A DNA stretch of 64,000 nucleotides from Spirochaetia bacterium (GCA_965140585.1 OZ223269.1:608001-672000), one strand, 5' to 3'. Counted from the stretch's first letter, positions 19,213 through 30,094 are shown. Translations and numbers: made by a program. The notes: generated from the sequence alone by a model not told the origin.

Positions 19213-20397
19213 ATGTTTGAAAATATTATCGGCCAGCAAAGAATAGTAGAAAATCTCTCAAGGGCAGTAACGACTGCTTCACTTCCCGGTGCCATCCTTT
19301 TCAGCGGTGACGATTACTCCGGTAAACTTTCCACAGCGCTTGAATTAGGAAGAGTCCTTACCTGTGAACGTGATGCTTCGTGGAGTTGCAGCTGTCACAG
19401 TTGTGAAAGCCACCGGCTCCTCATCCATCCATACACGCAGATACTCGGCAGCAGATACTTCTCTGATGAAATTTCCGCTTGCGGAGATATCCTCAAACAG
19501 AATCAGAATACCTTTGCCAGGTATATGTTTATTCGTTCAGTAAGAAAACTTACCAGGCGTTTTGATCCTGTACTGTGGGAAGGAAATGAAAGTAAATTCA
19601 AACAGGTTTCATCAAATGCCTCTTCATGCGAAGAGATGCTTCGGGAGATCCCTGTTGAGGGCACAATAGATAATACAGAAGCCCTTTCAAAAAAAATTGA
19701 TAAAATTATAAGCGAGGCAGGTAAAATTGCAGACTCCTTTGCTTCGGACAACATTCCGATCGATATGATCCGTAGAATCAACAGCTGGGCCAGAACCTCA
19801 TCTGATTCAAGGAAAGTTGTAATTATTGAAAATGCCGATGCTATGGGTGAAGCATCAAGAAACTCGCTTCTGAAACTTCTTGAAGAACCGCCGTCCGACT
19901 GTTTTTTTATCCTTACAACAGTCAGAAAAGGTGCCATCATCCCGACTATTCTATCGAGAGTAAGAGTTTACGATTTCATACCAAGGAATGAAGAATCCTC
20001 AGTTGAGGTTATACAGCGTATATTCAGGGAGGAAAATCCGGAATATAAATCAATACGTGAATATTTTATCGGACGCAAGGCTGATATGGGCCTTATCAGG
20101 ACTGCCGCTGCTGAATTTGGAAGCCTGATTAGTTCTGAACCCGGATATCAGGAATTTAACAGTTCTAACAGTCTAAAAGAGGTATTCAAGCAGAGAAGAC
20201 TCTTCAACCTGTTCATGGAAGAGCTCTCAATGCTTACAGGGACTCTTCTCAGGCAGGGACGAATTACTGCAGTCCGGGCAGCTTCTGTGAACCGGATTAT
20301 TAAAGAATCCACCGGCAGACGTGATTCCTTCAATCAGTCTACACAGCTTGTTCTTGAAGCTATGTTTTATGATTTGAAAGAACTTACCGCGGTTTGA
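19213..20397 (+). CDS. holB: DNA polymerase III delta-prime-like subunit
   Basis: FENIIGQ, degenerate Walker A, zinc cysteines, NSLLKLLEEPP, PTILSR. Confidence 0.8.
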   Translation: MFENIIGQQRIVENLSRAVTTASLPGAILFSGDDYSGKLSTALELGRVLTCERDASWSCSCHSCESHRLLIHPYTQILGSRYFSDEISACGDILKQNQNTFARYMFIRSVRKLTRRFDPVLWEGNESKFKQVSSNASSCEEMLREIPVEGTIDNTEALSKKIDKIISEAGKIADSFASDNIPIDMIRRINSWARTSSDSRKVVIIENADAMGEASRNSLLKLLEEPPSDCFFILTTVRKGAIIPTILSRVRVYDFIPRNEESSVEVIQRIFREENPEYKSIREYFIGRKADMGLIRTAAAEFGSLISSEPGYQEFNSSNSLKEVFKQRRLFNLFMEELSMLTGTLLRQGRITAVRAASVNRIIKESTGRRDSFNQSTQLVLEAMFYDLKELTAV

Positions 20398-20409
20398 CGG
20401 AGTGATTAA

Positions 20410-21573
20410 ATGAGGAAATTTCTGTCGCGCGCTCTAAGTATGTTTGAGAAACTCGATAAAAAGCAGATTGAAAAGCTTGTAAAAGAGCTTGCTGCCGAAA
20501 ACGAAATACTCGAAAGCGCCATGCAGTCTATGACGGCCGGAGTGATTGTTGTTAACAAGGAAGGAATAATATCTTTCGCAAACAGGGCTTCCCGAAGAAT
20601 AATACCGCTTTCACGCGGTGAACTCATTGATAATCACTACAATGATGTGATTCTTGACCCGGAAATTAAAAAACTCGTATCAGAAAGTGAGGCTAAGCAG
20701 GAAACTGTACATGATCGAGAGTTTGCCTTTGATGCTGCAGGCGGTGCAAGGATTATCACCTGCAGCATTCTCCCTCTTTTATTACGAAGAGAAATTTCGG
20801 GGAATCTTATATACCTTAAGGATATTACTCAAAGAAAAGTCAATGAAGCCCGTTTAAGGCGTGCTGAAAGTCTGGCCTCACTGACAACCTTTACCGCTGG
20901 TGTAGCCCATGAAATTAAAAACCCGCTTGGCGCAATAGGAATTCATATCCAGCTTATGCAGAAAGCCCTTGCCAGGGATTCAGTTCCGGACCCTGAGTTT
21001 TTCAACCGCAACCTCAATGTTTTAAGTGAAGAAGTTGAGAGGCTTAACAGTATAGTTGTAGATTTCCTGTTTGCTGTTCGGCCTATGGATGTAAATCTCA
21101 AGGATGAATGCCTTAATGAAATACTCACAGATATTTTAAATTTTGTAAAACCTGAGCTTGATGAATCCAACATTGAAATTGAAACAGATTTTGAAGAGGA
21201 TATACCTCTGCTGCAGATAGATGAAAAACTTATTAAGCAGGCAGTTCTTAATATCGTTAAGAACGCAAAAAACGCCATGGAGGGCGGAGGTCATCTGAAT
21301 CTTTCAATAGCTCGAGAAGAAGATTCGGTTGTTCTCAGAGTAAAAGATGATGGTGAAGGCATTCCGGAAGAAAATCTGAATAAAATATTTGAACCCTATT
21401 TTACCACCAAGGATTTTGGTTCAGGATTGGGACTTACTCTTGTTTATAAGATAATAAAGGAACATGACGGAGAGATACAGCTTAAATCAAAGGTTGGAGA
21501 GGGAACTGTTTTTATTCTCAGGTTTCCGGTTCCACAGAAGGAACGCCACTTAATTAGCTGGGATGGAGCTTGA
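20410..21573 (+). CDS. Cytoplasmic PAS histidine kinase (NtrB/Hk2-like)
   Basis: PAS domain, AGVAHEIKNPL, DDGEG, FEPYFTTK, GSGLGL. Confidence 0.92.
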   Translation: MRKFLSRALSMFEKLDKKQIEKLVKELAAENEILESAMQSMTAGVIVVNKEGIISFANRASRRIIPLSRGELIDNHYNDVILDPEIKKLVSESEAKQETVHDREFAFDAAGGARIITCSILPLLLRREISGNLIYLKDITQRKVNEARLRRAESLASLTTFTAGVAHEIKNPLGAIGIHIQLMQKALARDSVPDPEFFNRNLNVLSEEVERLNSIVVDFLFAVRPMDVNLKDECLNEILTDILNFVKPELDESNIEIETDFEEDIPLLQIDEKLIKQAVLNIVKNAKNAMEGGGHLNLSIAREEDSVVLRVKDDGEGIPEENLNKIFEPYFTTKDFGSGLGLTLVYKIIKEHDGEIQLKSKVGEGTVFILRFPVPQKERHLISWDGA

Positions 21574-21574
21574 T

Positions 21575-22933
21575 ATGGGATTTAATTTACTGATTGCCGA
21601 TGATGAAAAGAATATTAGAGAAGGCCTTGCCATGTCTCTTGAGATGGACGGCTACAATGTCTTCCTCGCTGCTGACGGTCAGGAAGCTCTGAATCTTCTT
21701 AATTCAAAGGATATTGATTTAATAATAACCGACCTGAGAATGCCGGTTGTAAGCGGTCAGGAACTTCTTAAAAAGACAATATCCTCATATCCGGGACTTC
21801 CCGTAATTGTTCTCACAGGCCACGGTACTATTGAAACTGCTGTGACTGCAATGCGTGACGGAGCCTACGACTTCCTCACCAAACCGGTTAACCTCAACCG
21901 CCTGACACTGCTGGTTAAACGTGCACTTGAAGGGCGTGAGCTTGTGCTCGAACACCGTGCTCTTAAAGAGGAAGTTGACAGGCTGAAATCCAAACAGAAA
22001 TATTCACGGATTATCGGTAAAAGCAGCGCAATGATGCGTGTGATGGAGGTTGTTGAGCAGGTTGCATCAACCCGTGCTTCAGTACTGATTACCGGCGAAA
22101 GCGGAGTAGGAAAGGAGCTTATTGCCGATGCAATCCACCAGCTTTCAGACCGTAAGGAAAAACCATTTATTAAGGTTCACTGCGCAGCTCTTTCTGAAAG
22201 CCTTCTTGAAAGTGAGCTTTTCGGTCATGAAAAGGGCGCCTTTACAGGTGCTGTCTCCAGAAAACGAGGACGTTTTGAACTTTCGCATCTGGGTTCCATT
22301 TTTCTCGATGAAATAGGTGAAATTAATCAGTCAACCCAGATTAAAATACTGCGTGTACTTCAGGAAAAAACTTTCGAACGTGTCGGCGGTGAAGAAACCG
22401 TTGAAATCGATACAAGAATCATCTCTGCTACCAACCGTGATCTGAAGTCTGAAATTGAGAAAGGAAATTTCCGTGAGGACCTGTTTTATAGGCTGAATGT
22501 TGTAAATATTCATGTCCCGCCGCTTAGGGAACGGAAAGAAGATATTTCCCTGATGGCTTCGGCCTTCCTCAGGGAATTTGCAGATGAAAACGGCCGTCAA
22601 ATAGATGGTTTTGAAAACAAGGCCAGAGTTGCCATTCATAATTACAGCTGGCCTGGAAATGTAAGGGAATTGCGGAATGCTGTAGAAAGCGCTGTTGTAA
22701 TGTGCAAAGGTGATGTTATAACTGTTGATGATCTTCCGCCTTCAATACTGGAAACGGCAGAAGAAAACTGCATACGAATATGTACCGGGACCTCACTTTC
22801 TGCAGCTGAAAAGCAGATCATTTTAGAGACTCTTAATATGGAACAGGGAAATAAAACTAAAACTGCTGAAATCCTGGGAATCGGGCGGAAAACCCTCCAC
22901 CGCAAGCTGCAGGATTACGATATAGACATTTGA
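21575..22933 (+). CDS. sigma54-dependent response regulator (NtrC/Rrp2-like)
   Basis: REC domain, GESGVGKE, GAFTGA, FLDEIG, FREDLFYRL, C-terminal Fis HTH. Confidence 0.94.
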   Translation: MGFNLLIADDEKNIREGLAMSLEMDGYNVFLAADGQEALNLLNSKDIDLIITDLRMPVVSGQELLKKTISSYPGLPVIVLTGHGTIETAVTAMRDGAYDFLTKPVNLNRLTLLVKRALEGRELVLEHRALKEEVDRLKSKQKYSRIIGKSSAMMRVMEVVEQVASTRASVLITGESGVGKELIADAIHQLSDRKEKPFIKVHCAALSESLLESELFGHEKGAFTGAVSRKRGRFELSHLGSIFLDEIGEINQSTQIKILRVLQEKTFERVGGEETVEIDTRIISATNRDLKSEIEKGNFREDLFYRLNVVNIHVPPLRERKEDISLMASAFLREFADENGRQIDGFENKARVAIHNYSWPGNVRELRNAVESAVVMCKGDVITVDDLPPSILETAEENCIRICTGTSLSAAEKQIILETLNMEQGNKTKTAEILGIGRKTLHRKLQDYDIDI

Positions 22934-22936
22934 GTT

Positions 22937-23767
22937 CTAAGTCTCGTAATAAAAAGAGCCGGTAAACAGATATTCTGCCGAGCTGGTTATGAAAACCTCG
23001 TTTGTCGGCTGCATCCATTGAAAGAACATTTCGCTCTGTTTGTGATGAATAGCGGTATCCCTGTCAGAAAAACCGTTTAGTACAGAAGCTACAGCAGCTA
23101 TAGCACATGATGAGAGGAAATCGTCATTTCGGCTTTTTCTGATAAACACTTCCAAATCATCACGGCTGTTCACAGTAGCAAAAATAACCTGGGTATCTTC
23201 GGAAAGTTTCTCAGGAATTATTAAATCATCAGCAATTTCTTTCAGCCTTGGAAAGGATCTGTTTTCAGTGTAGATGACAACGCCGGGTTTACCCAGCTGT
23301 ATAATTGTAGAGGGGATCTTTTTACCGCCGGAGGTGAGGCTGACAAGATAGTCCTCCTCCGGACGTTCAATAAGTGGAAGACCGTCTGAATTTAAGGGAT
23401 ATCCAAGGCTTATTCTGAAAAATGTACTGTCAATTACTCCTACTTTATGAAGCCTTCCGTTTATCTCAACTGAAAAATCATTTTTTCCGGAAAATCCTGA
23501 ATCAAAGATATATCTGGCAAGACACATAAGTGCGTCATTTACAACATCCGCAAATTCTCCGGAAGGAGTAAGAAAGCTGGCTTTTACCTTATCAATACCT
23601 TCACTGGTCATTGCAATAAGACCGTTACTTCCTATTCCGTAATCCCTTCGGCATATCTTTCGTGACATTTCTCTGAGTTCGTGGTCTGGAGGAAAAAGTT
23701 CACCCGTAAAGTTTATCAGTATCAGGTCATTACCTGCTGTTTGAAGTTTATAAAAATTCAAATCCAT
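22937..23767 (-). CDS. DapF (diaminopimelate epimerase)-like protein lacking catalytic motifs
   Basis: FYKLQTAGND and CRRDYGIGSNG match the DapF N-terminus; both CGNG/CGTG motifs are absent. Confidence 0.75.
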   Translation of the reverse strand: MDLNFYKLQTAGNDLILINFTGELFPPDHELREMSRKICRRDYGIGSNGLIAMTSEGIDKVKASFLTPSGEFADVVNDALMCLARYIFDSGFSGKNDFSVEINGRLHKVGVIDSTFFRISLGYPLNSDGLPLIERPEEDYLVSLTSGGKKIPSTIIQLGKPGVVIYTENRSFPRLKEIADDLIIPEKLSEDTQVIFATVNSRDDLEVFIRKSRNDDFLSSCAIAAVASVLNGFSDRDTAIHHKQSEMFFQWMQPTNEVFITSSAEYLFTGSFYYET

Positions 23768-23906
23768 TGAAAAATCATAGAGGAGTCATGGTCAAAGATC
23801 AAGCTGAAAAAATAATTATTAAGCGAATGCTGAGTATCATTTAGAGTGTTGACAATAAGGAGCGTGTGACTAATAATTAGGCTGATTTTTAAAATAAGGA
23901 AATACT

Positions 23907-24440
23907 ATGAGTAGAGAATTTATTCTTGATGATGCTATAAGAAAGGTTCCGGATTTTCCCCATGAAGGAATACTGTTTTATGATATCACCAGTATTCTTA
24001 CCAATCCTGAGGCGTTCAGGCATTGTGTAGAAAGTATGGTGACCCTGTATAAAAATAAGAAAATTGATGCTGTTGCAGCCGCCGAAGCCAGAGGTTTTTT
24101 ATTTGCTGCGCCATTCTGTGAGAAGCTTGGTATTCCTTTGATTCTAATAAGAAAAAAAGGAAAGCTTCCCGGAGAGACTCTGACCAAAACTTACGCTCTG
24201 GAATACGGTGAAGACTCTATACAAATTCATAAATCAGATGTTGTCCCTGGAAGTAATGTTCTGCTTGTCGATGACCTGATTGCAACCGGCGGTACACTAA
24301 AAGCCGCCGCAGAACTGCTTGAAGAAGCCGGAGCAAAGGTTAATGAAGCATTCGGAGTTGTAGGGCTGCCGTTTCTCAATTATGAAAAGGTTCTTGAGGG
24401 AATAAATATAACAACCTTAATAAATTACCATAGCGAATAG
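23907..24440 (+). CDS. apt: Adenine phosphoribosyltransferase
   Basis: PDFPHEGILFYDI, EARGF, RKKGKLPG, YALEYG, VDDLIATGGT. Confidence 0.96.
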   Translation: MSREFILDDAIRKVPDFPHEGILFYDITSILTNPEAFRHCVESMVTLYKNKKIDAVAAAEARGFLFAAPFCEKLGIPLILIRKKGKLPGETLTKTYALEYGEDSIQIHKSDVVPGSNVLLVDDLIATGGTLKAAAELLEEAGAKVNEAFGVVGLPFLNYEKVLEGINITTLINYHSE

Positions 24441-24442
24441 TA

Positions 24443-24471
24443 TTGACACTAACTATCAATTTTAGTAGATT
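24443..24471 (+). promoter_or_regulatory. sigma70 promoter of tRNA operon
   Basis: TTGACA-17 nt-TAGATT. Confidence 0.75.
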
Positions 24472-24485
24472 ATGGCAACATAAAT

Positions 24486-24556
24486 TGCCCGATTGTGTAA
24501 TGGTAGCACGACGGATTCTGGTTCCGTTTGTGAGGGTTCGAGTCCTTCTCGGGCAG
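24486..24556 (+). tRNA. tRNA-Gln(CTG)
   Basis: Acceptor TGCCCGA/TCGGGCA, anticodon arm ACGGA-TTCTGGT-TCCGT, GTTCGAGTC T-loop; CCA not encoded. Confidence 0.93.
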
Positions 24557-24559
24557 TCT

Positions 24560-24764
24560 AACAAAAGCTGCTATGCAGTTTTTGTTTTGAAGTTTACATG
24601 GTAAACTTCATGGGGTGAGCATGGTAGCTCATTTCTGCAGTTTATTTTTTAAACTGCACCAATTTCCTTTGTTTTTCAGCTTTTGCTTAAAGTTTGTTTA
24701 ACAAACTTCCGGATAATTTATGGATGTTTCCGTAGGAAACTCCAAAAAAATCCTAAGGATTTTT
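24560..24764 (+). repeat. Array of about seven tandem short hairpins in the inter-tRNA spacer
   Basis: Stems at 24560-586, 24588-610, 24612-635, 24636-658, 24690-708, 24721-744 and 24746-764; four contain GTTT-N7-AAAC. Confidence 0.75.
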
Positions 24765-24765
24765 C

Positions 24766-24837
24766 GGTCCCTTCGTCTATCGGCTAGGACAGGAGATTCT
24801 CATTCTTCAAAGAGGGGTTCGATTCCCCTAGGGACTA
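24766..24837 (+). tRNA. tRNA-Glu(CTC)
   Basis: Acceptor GGTCCCT/AGGGACT, anticodon arm GGAGA-TTCTCAT-TCTTC, GGTTCGATTCC T arm. Confidence 0.92.
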
Positions 24838-24840
24838 AAA

Positions 24841-24867
24841 ACCGGCTTTGTTTGCCGGTATTTTTTT
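24841..24867 (+). terminator. Rho-independent terminator after tRNA-Glu
   Basis: ACCGGC-7 nt-GCCGGT followed by A and T7. Confidence 0.75.
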
Positions 24868-24874
24868 AAAGAGT

Positions 24875-24913
24875 AATGTATAAATATACATAAATTATGT
24901 ATATTTATAAATC
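24875..24913. promoter_or_regulatory. Tandem ARG boxes (ArgR operator) upstream of carA
   Basis: AATGTATAAATATACATA-AAT-TATGTATATTTATAAATC: 18-3-18 geometry resembling the ArgR consensus TGAATWWWWATTCA. Confidence 0.72.
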
Positions 24914-24919
24914 AGGATT

Positions 24920-26041
24920 ATGACTATGAACAGAAACGGATATCTTGTATTAGAAGACGGAACAGCTTTTCCCGGCAGGTGCTTCGGTGCTGAACCCGGA
25001 CAGCTTGCAGAGGGTGAAGTTGTTTTTAACACCGGAATGAGCGGATATCATGAGATATTTACCGATCCATCATATACAGGTCAAATTGTAATGATGACAT
25101 ATCCGCATATCGGAAATTACGGTATTGATGAAGAATGGTCCGAAAGCGGACCTGAGGGTAAAGAGCGAAACCCGGTAAAGATTCGCGGCTTTGTAGTCAG
25201 ATCTGTATACCTCGGGTCGGTTCCCGGAAGTCGCGGCAGCATCGATGATTATTTCAAATCGAATAATATATCGGCTATCAGCGATGTTGATACAAGAGCC
25301 CTGACACTAAAGCTACGTGAAGGCGGAAGCCTAAAAGGCTGTATTATAAAAACCGATGGTACTGATGATAAGGCAGCCATTGAAAAGGCAGTTGCAGGAC
25401 TCAAGGCTATGCCTGATATGCAGGGGCAGAACCTGATAGGCGATGTCGGTACAAGTGAACGGCTTACAATAAACGCCGGGCAGAAAGTGAAGTTTGCTGT
25501 AGTTGACTGCGGAATCAAATCCAATATCATCACGGAGCTTACTTCACGCGGGGTCACCGTTGAGCTTTTTCCTTCAACCGCGAGTGCAGAGGAAATCCTT
25601 TCAGCTAAAACCGACGCTGTACTTTTCTCGAACGGTCCCGGCGACCCCGCAGTTCTAAAAGACCAGATTAAGCTGGTTCAGGACCTTTTCGATAAACTTC
25701 CGGTCTGCGGAATCTGTCTGGGGCATCAGCTAATATCTCTTGCTCTCGGTGCAGAAACCTACAAGATGAAGTTCGGTCATCACGGTATAAACAATCCTGT
25801 ACGTGACGAACTTACAGGACGGGTTTTTGTAACGAGTCAGAACCACGGATTTGCTGTAAAACAGGAATCGCTTCCTGAAGGTACCGACATCTGGTTCATG
25901 AATGCAAATGATAAAACAGTAGAGGGAATTATCAATCAGAAAAGAAATATTGCCTGCGTACAGTTTCATCCCGAAGCTGCACCTGGTCCTGAGGATACTT
26001 CCTGGATCTTTGATAAATACGTAGAGATGGCAAAGGCTTAA
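24920..26041 (+). CDS. carA: Carbamoyl-phosphate synthase small subunit
   Basis: [39 protein letters not shown]. Confidence 0.97.
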   Translation: MTMNRNGYLVLEDGTAFPGRCFGAEPGQLAEGEVVFNTGMSGYHEIFTDPSYTGQIVMMTYPHIGNYGIDEEWSESGPEGKERNPVKIRGFVVRSVYLGSVPGSRGSIDDYFKSNNISAISDVDTRALTLKLREGGSLKGCIIKTDGTDDKAAIEKAVAGLKAMPDMQGQNLIGDVGTSERLTINAGQKVKFAVVDCGIKSNIITELTSRGVTVELFPSTASAEEILSAKTDAVLFSNGPGDPAVLKDQIKLVQDLFDKLPVCGICLGHQLISLALGAETYKMKFGHHGINNPVRDELTGRVFVTSQNHGFAVKQESLPEGTDIWFMNANDKTVEGIINQKRNIACVQFHPEAAPGPEDTSWIFDKYVEMAKA

Positions 26042-26052
26042 AGGAGTTTCAG

Positions 26053-29000
26053 ATGCCGGCTAGAAAAGATATTAAAACCATACTTATTATTGGATCCGGT
26101 CCTATTGTAATAGGGCAGGCCTGTGAGTTTGACTATTCGGGTACTCAGGCAGTAAAAGCTCTGAAGGAAGAAGGTTACAAGGTCGTCCTTGCGAATCCCA
26201 ACCCTGCAACAGTAATGACAACTCCTGGAATTGCTGATGTTGTCTACATGGAGCCGCTTGAACCGGTTTACATGGAAGAGATAATCAAAAAGGAAAAACC
26301 CGATGCTCTACTGCCTACGATGGGCGGTCAGACAGCGCTGAACCTTACCCTTGAACTTGAAAAGCTCGGAATACTTAAAAAATATAATGTTGAACTGATA
26401 GGTGCCGGTGTCCGGGCGATTGAACTTGCCGAGGACAGGCAGCTTTTCAAAGAAACGGTTAACGCTATCGGCCTTGATACACCAAAATCAGCAACGGTAA
26501 AAAACATAGCAGACGGTAAGAAGTTTGCAGAGGAAACAGGCTTTCCGCTTATCCTTCGGCCCAGTTTTACTCTCGGCGGACGCGGAGGTGCAATTGCCGA
26601 GAAGAAGGACGATTTTGAAAGTCTTCTGGAAAAAGCACTGCGTGAAAGCCCTGTTCATCAGGTACTTATTGAAGAATCACTGATAGGCTGGAAGGAATTC
26701 GAGCTCGAGGTAATGCGCGACAAAGCAGATAATGCTGTTATTATTTGTTCGATTGAAAATATCGACCCCATGGGCGTTCATACCGGCGACAGTATCACTG
26801 TAGCACCTATTCAGACACTCTCAGACCGTGAGTACCAGAAGATGCGAACTGCATCAATTGAAACACTCAGAGCTATCGGAGTTGACTGCGGAGGTTCAAA
26901 CGTACAGTTTGCAGTAAACCCCGAAACAGGTAGAATGATAATCATTGAAATGAATCCGCGTGTTTCCCGCTCTTCGGCTCTTGCAAGTAAAGCAACGGGC
27001 TTTCCTATTGCACGCTGTTCAGCAAAATTGGCAGTCGGTTACACTATGGATGAAATTATTAACGAAATAACCGGAAAAACCGTATCCTGTTTTGAACCGA
27101 CGCTGGACTATTGTGCAGTAAAGGTTCCAAGATTTGAAATGGAAAAATTTCCTACCGGTTACAAGAGCCTGGGAACACAGATGAAATCTGTCGGCGAATC
27201 ACTTGCGCTAGGACGTACCTTCATGGAAACCCTGAACAAGGCTCTCCGCTCAGCTGAAATGGGTTACGACGGTCTGCGGATGCTTGATATGGGCTACAAC
27301 GGACTTGATGAGATGCTTGAAAAGCAGCATCCGCTCAGAATTTTCGCAATATACACGGTACTCTGCAGGGAAGGCGCGCGTGCTATTCCGAAGATTGAAA
27401 AGACAACCGGTTTTGACCGCTGGTTTCTTTACCAAATGCTTGAGCAGATCGAACTTGAAGAAAAAATCGGTAAAGAAGGTGTTAATACTGACAACCTTCT
27501 TGAAGCTAAACGCTATGGTATATCTGACAGGCGTATCGCAAAAATATCAGGAAATACCGAGGAAGAGATTTCTGTAATGCGTTCTGAAAACGGTATAAAT
27601 GCCGTTTACCATTTCGTAGATACATGTGCCGGAGAGTTTTCTGCAAATACACCGTATTTCTACTCAACCTATGGTGAGGTCGATGAAGGAGAACCCCTTG
27701 ATGAGGATTCAGTTATAATTCTTGGAAGCGGTCCGAACCGAATCGGACAGGGCCTCGAATTTGATACCTCATGTACTCTGGCCTCGCTTGCATATCAGAA
27801 TCAGGGAACAAAAACCATACTTGTAAACTCTAATCCTGAGACCGTTTCTACTGACTTCAATGTTTCCGACAGGCTCTATATTGAACCTCTGAATTTTGAA
27901 TACGTTCATGAGATAATGAAAAAGGAAAAGACAAAAAAGGTCGTAGTTCAGCTTGGCGGTCAGATTCCTCTCAATATTGCCCTGGAGCTTGAAGCCTCAG
28001 GCGCAGAGATTGTAGGAACCTCAGTCGACAGTATCTATGATGTTGAAGACCGCGGGCTTTTCTCCAATCTTATGAAGAAACTAAACCTTACTCAGCCAAA
28101 TAACAGAATGGCTGCCAATGCGGACGAGGTTCTTAAATATTCGGAAGAGATCGGTTTTCCGGTACTCCTTAGGCCATCCTTCGTACTGGGCGGACGCAGC
28201 ATGTTTGTTGCCTACAAACGTGAGGAACTTGCCGAGTTTCTTTTGAAAGGTATTGAAATGTCAAAGGAACGTCCGGTTCTTGTAGACCAGTTTCTTGAAG
28301 ATGCCTTTGAGTACGATGTTGACGCAATTTCTGACGGAAAGAATGTTTACATAGCAGGTATAATGCAGCATATAGAAGCAGCCGGAGTTCATTCGGGTGA
28401 TTCAGCCTGTGTCTTTCCTCCGTTTAAAACAGAGAAAAAAGCAGAGGAAGAGATGGTTCAGTCTGCATACAAAATCGGCCGGGAACTCGGCGTTAAAGGC
28501 TTTCTTAATATCCAGTTTGCTTTAAAAGACGGAGTCCTTTACATACTGGAAGTTAACCCCAGAGCCTCCCGTACAATTCCTTTTCTTTCCAAGGCTTCAG
28601 GTGTTGATCTTATCGATACTGCTGTCAAGGTATGGAAGGGCATAGATCTTGAAAAACAGGGACTTACTGTAAACGGAACCGGAATCGGTCAGTGCCGGAC
28701 CGGCTGGGCTGTTAAGGAAGCTGTATTCTCATTTGACCGCTTTGCAGACCTCGATCCGCTTCTCGGCCCCGAAATGAAAAGTACCGGTGAGGTTATCGGC
28801 ACCGGCGAGACCTTCGGAGAGGCATTTGCAAAGGCTCAGGCTGCCGCTTCCGTCTACCTTCCCAAGCCTTCAGACGGAAAGGTTTTCGTATCCGTTCATG
28901 ATCGTGATAAGGAAACAATGCTTCCGATTGTTAAGCAGCTTGATGAACTTGGTTTTGAGTTTGCAGCAACCAGGGGAACAGCTGAATTCCTTTTTTCAAA

Positions 29001-29253
29001 CGGTATATTCCCTGAGGTTGTCCTTAAAGTCCATGACGGAAGGCCAAATGTTGTAGATCATATGCGGGCCGGACGGATAAGTCTTCTGGTAAATACACCG
29101 CTCGGACGCTTCTCGCAGAAGGGCGACCATGAAATCAGAATTGAAGCAGTCAGAAGTAAAATCCCGTACACTACTACTACTTCAGCGGCGCAGGCTGCAG
29201 CTGTAGGTATAAAATACCTGCTTGAAGAGAAAGCGGAAGTACGCGCATTATAA
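26053..29253 (+). CDS. carB: Carbamoyl-phosphate synthase large subunit
   Basis: [17 protein letters not shown], duplicated ATP-grasp domains, C-terminal MGS domain. Confidence 0.98.
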   Translation: MPARKDIKTILIIGSGPIVIGQACEFDYSGTQAVKALKEEGYKVVLANPNPATVMTTPGIADVVYMEPLEPVYMEEIIKKEKPDALLPTMGGQTALNLTLELEKLGILKKYNVELIGAGVRAIELAEDRQLFKETVNAIGLDTPKSATVKNIADGKKFAEETGFPLILRPSFTLGGRGGAIAEKKDDFESLLEKALRESPVHQVLIEESLIGWKEFELEVMRDKADNAVIICSIENIDPMGVHTGDSITVAPIQTLSDREYQKMRTASIETLRAIGVDCGGSNVQFAVNPETGRMIIIEMNPRVSRSSALASKATGFPIARCSAKLAVGYTMDEIINEITGKTVSCFEPTLDYCAVKVPRFEMEKFPTGYKSLGTQMKSVGESLALGRTFMETLNKALRSAEMGYDGLRMLDMGYNGLDEMLEKQHPLRIFAIYTVLCREGARAIPKIEKTTGFDRWFLYQMLEQIELEEKIGKEGVNTDNLLEAKRYGISDRRIAKISGNTEEEISVMRSENGINAVYHFVDTCAGEFSANTPYFYSTYGEVDEGEPLDEDSVIILGSGPNRIGQGLEFDTSCTLASLAYQNQGTKTILVNSNPETVSTDFNVSDRLYIEPLNFEYVHEIMKKEKTKKVVVQLGGQIPLNIALELEASGAEIVGTSVDSIYDVEDRGLFSNLMKKLNLTQPNNRMAANADEVLKYSEEIGFPVLLRPSFVLGGRSMFVAYKREELAEFLLKGIEMSKERPVLVDQFLEDAFEYDVDAISDGKNVYIAGIMQHIEAAGVHSGDSACVFPPFKTEKKAEEEMVQSAYKIGRELGVKGFLNIQFALKDGVLYILEVNPRASRTIPFLSKASGVDLIDTAVKVWKGIDLEKQGLTVNGTGIGQCRTGWAVKEAVFSFDRFADLDPLLGPEMKSTGEVIGTGETFGEAFAKAQAAASVYLPKPSDGKVFVSVHDRDKETMLPIVKQLDELGFEFAATRGTAEFLFSNGIFPEVVLKVHDGRPNVVDHMRAGRISLLVNTPLGRFSQKGDHEIRIEAVRSKIPYTTTTSAAQAAAVGIKYLLEEKAEVRAL

Positions 29254-29260
29254 AGATAAT

Positions 29261-30094
29261 ATGAGTGAAGAAGGTGTAAACAAAGAAGAAAAAATTCAGA
29301 TAGGGGAAATATCCAGTCTGATCGGTACACCTTCTTCAACTCTTAGATTCTATGAAACTCATGGAATCATCTCGCCGGAAAAGAATATTGAAAATAATTA
29401 CAGGATATTTACACCTGCTCAATCCTGCAATATTCTGATGTCAAGAATGTACCGGAGTTATGACCTCAAACTTGAAGAAATCAGCGGTATGGTTACTTCG
29501 AATACACATGACAGAAATTTGGAAATTCTTAAAACTCAGTCAGAAACCCTGGAAAAAGAAATATCAAAACTTAAAGCAGTTCAAAACGAGCTTGATTCAT
29601 ATATAGAATTATGTGAACTGGCAGCTTCGCTTCAGGGCAGGACAATGATAATTGATAATCCGGGATATTATTTCATCGGTAATATTGCCGAGGGTAAATT
29701 GAAAATAAATCCAGGAATAAAAACTATAGTAAAACAATGGATGGAGCATCTTCCGTTCATCAAATATTCCGTTCGGATAGATTACTCCCTAAAAGCTCTG
29801 CAGGAGGGAGATATTGGAAACTGGGGGTTTTCTGTATCGGAAGAAATCGCCGATAAGTATTGTCTCAATGTTTCTGCTCCTGTTCAATATTACAAACCTC
29901 AGAAAAGTCTGATGACCGCCGTTAAACGGTCATCTGCCAGTTTTTTTACTCAAACTGAAATTGAACACATGCTGTCAGTGCTCAGGGAATCTGATTCCGC
30001 AATTACAAATGAGCTTTTCGGGCATTTTCTGGGTATAAAGCATAGCGGAAAAGTGCCTGCATATCTTTACGTTATATATTTACCGATAAAATAA
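29261..30094 (+). CDS. MerR-family transcriptional regulator
   Basis: IGEISSLIG..STLRFYETHGII, NNYRIF, coiled coil, C-terminal effector domain. Start placed at ATG 29261. Confidence 0.88.
   Translation: MSEEGVNKEEKIQIGEISSLIGTPSSTLRFYETHGIISPEKNIENNYRIFTPAQSCNILMSRMYRSYDLKLEEISGMVTSNTHDRNLEILKTQSETLEKEISKLKAVQNELDSYIELCELAASLQGRTMIIDNPGYYFIGNIAEGKLKINPGIKTIVKQWMEHLPFIKYSVRIDYSLKALQEGDIGNWGFSVSEEIADKYCLNVSAPVQYYKPQKSLMTAVKRSSASFFTQTEIEHMLSVLRESDSAITNELFGHFLGIKHSGKVPAYLYVIYLPIK

Noticed and set aside
24473-24488. sigma54-like TGGCA...TTGC before tRNA-Gln
   Set aside because: GG-to-GC spacing is 11 nt rather than 10, it overlaps the tRNA start, and a good sigma70 promoter is present.
24592-24740. 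Mini-CRISPR reading of the GTTT...AAAC units
   Set aside because: Units are only 15 bp with non-identical interiors, the gaps are irregular (33, 37 and 19 nt), and there are no cas genes.
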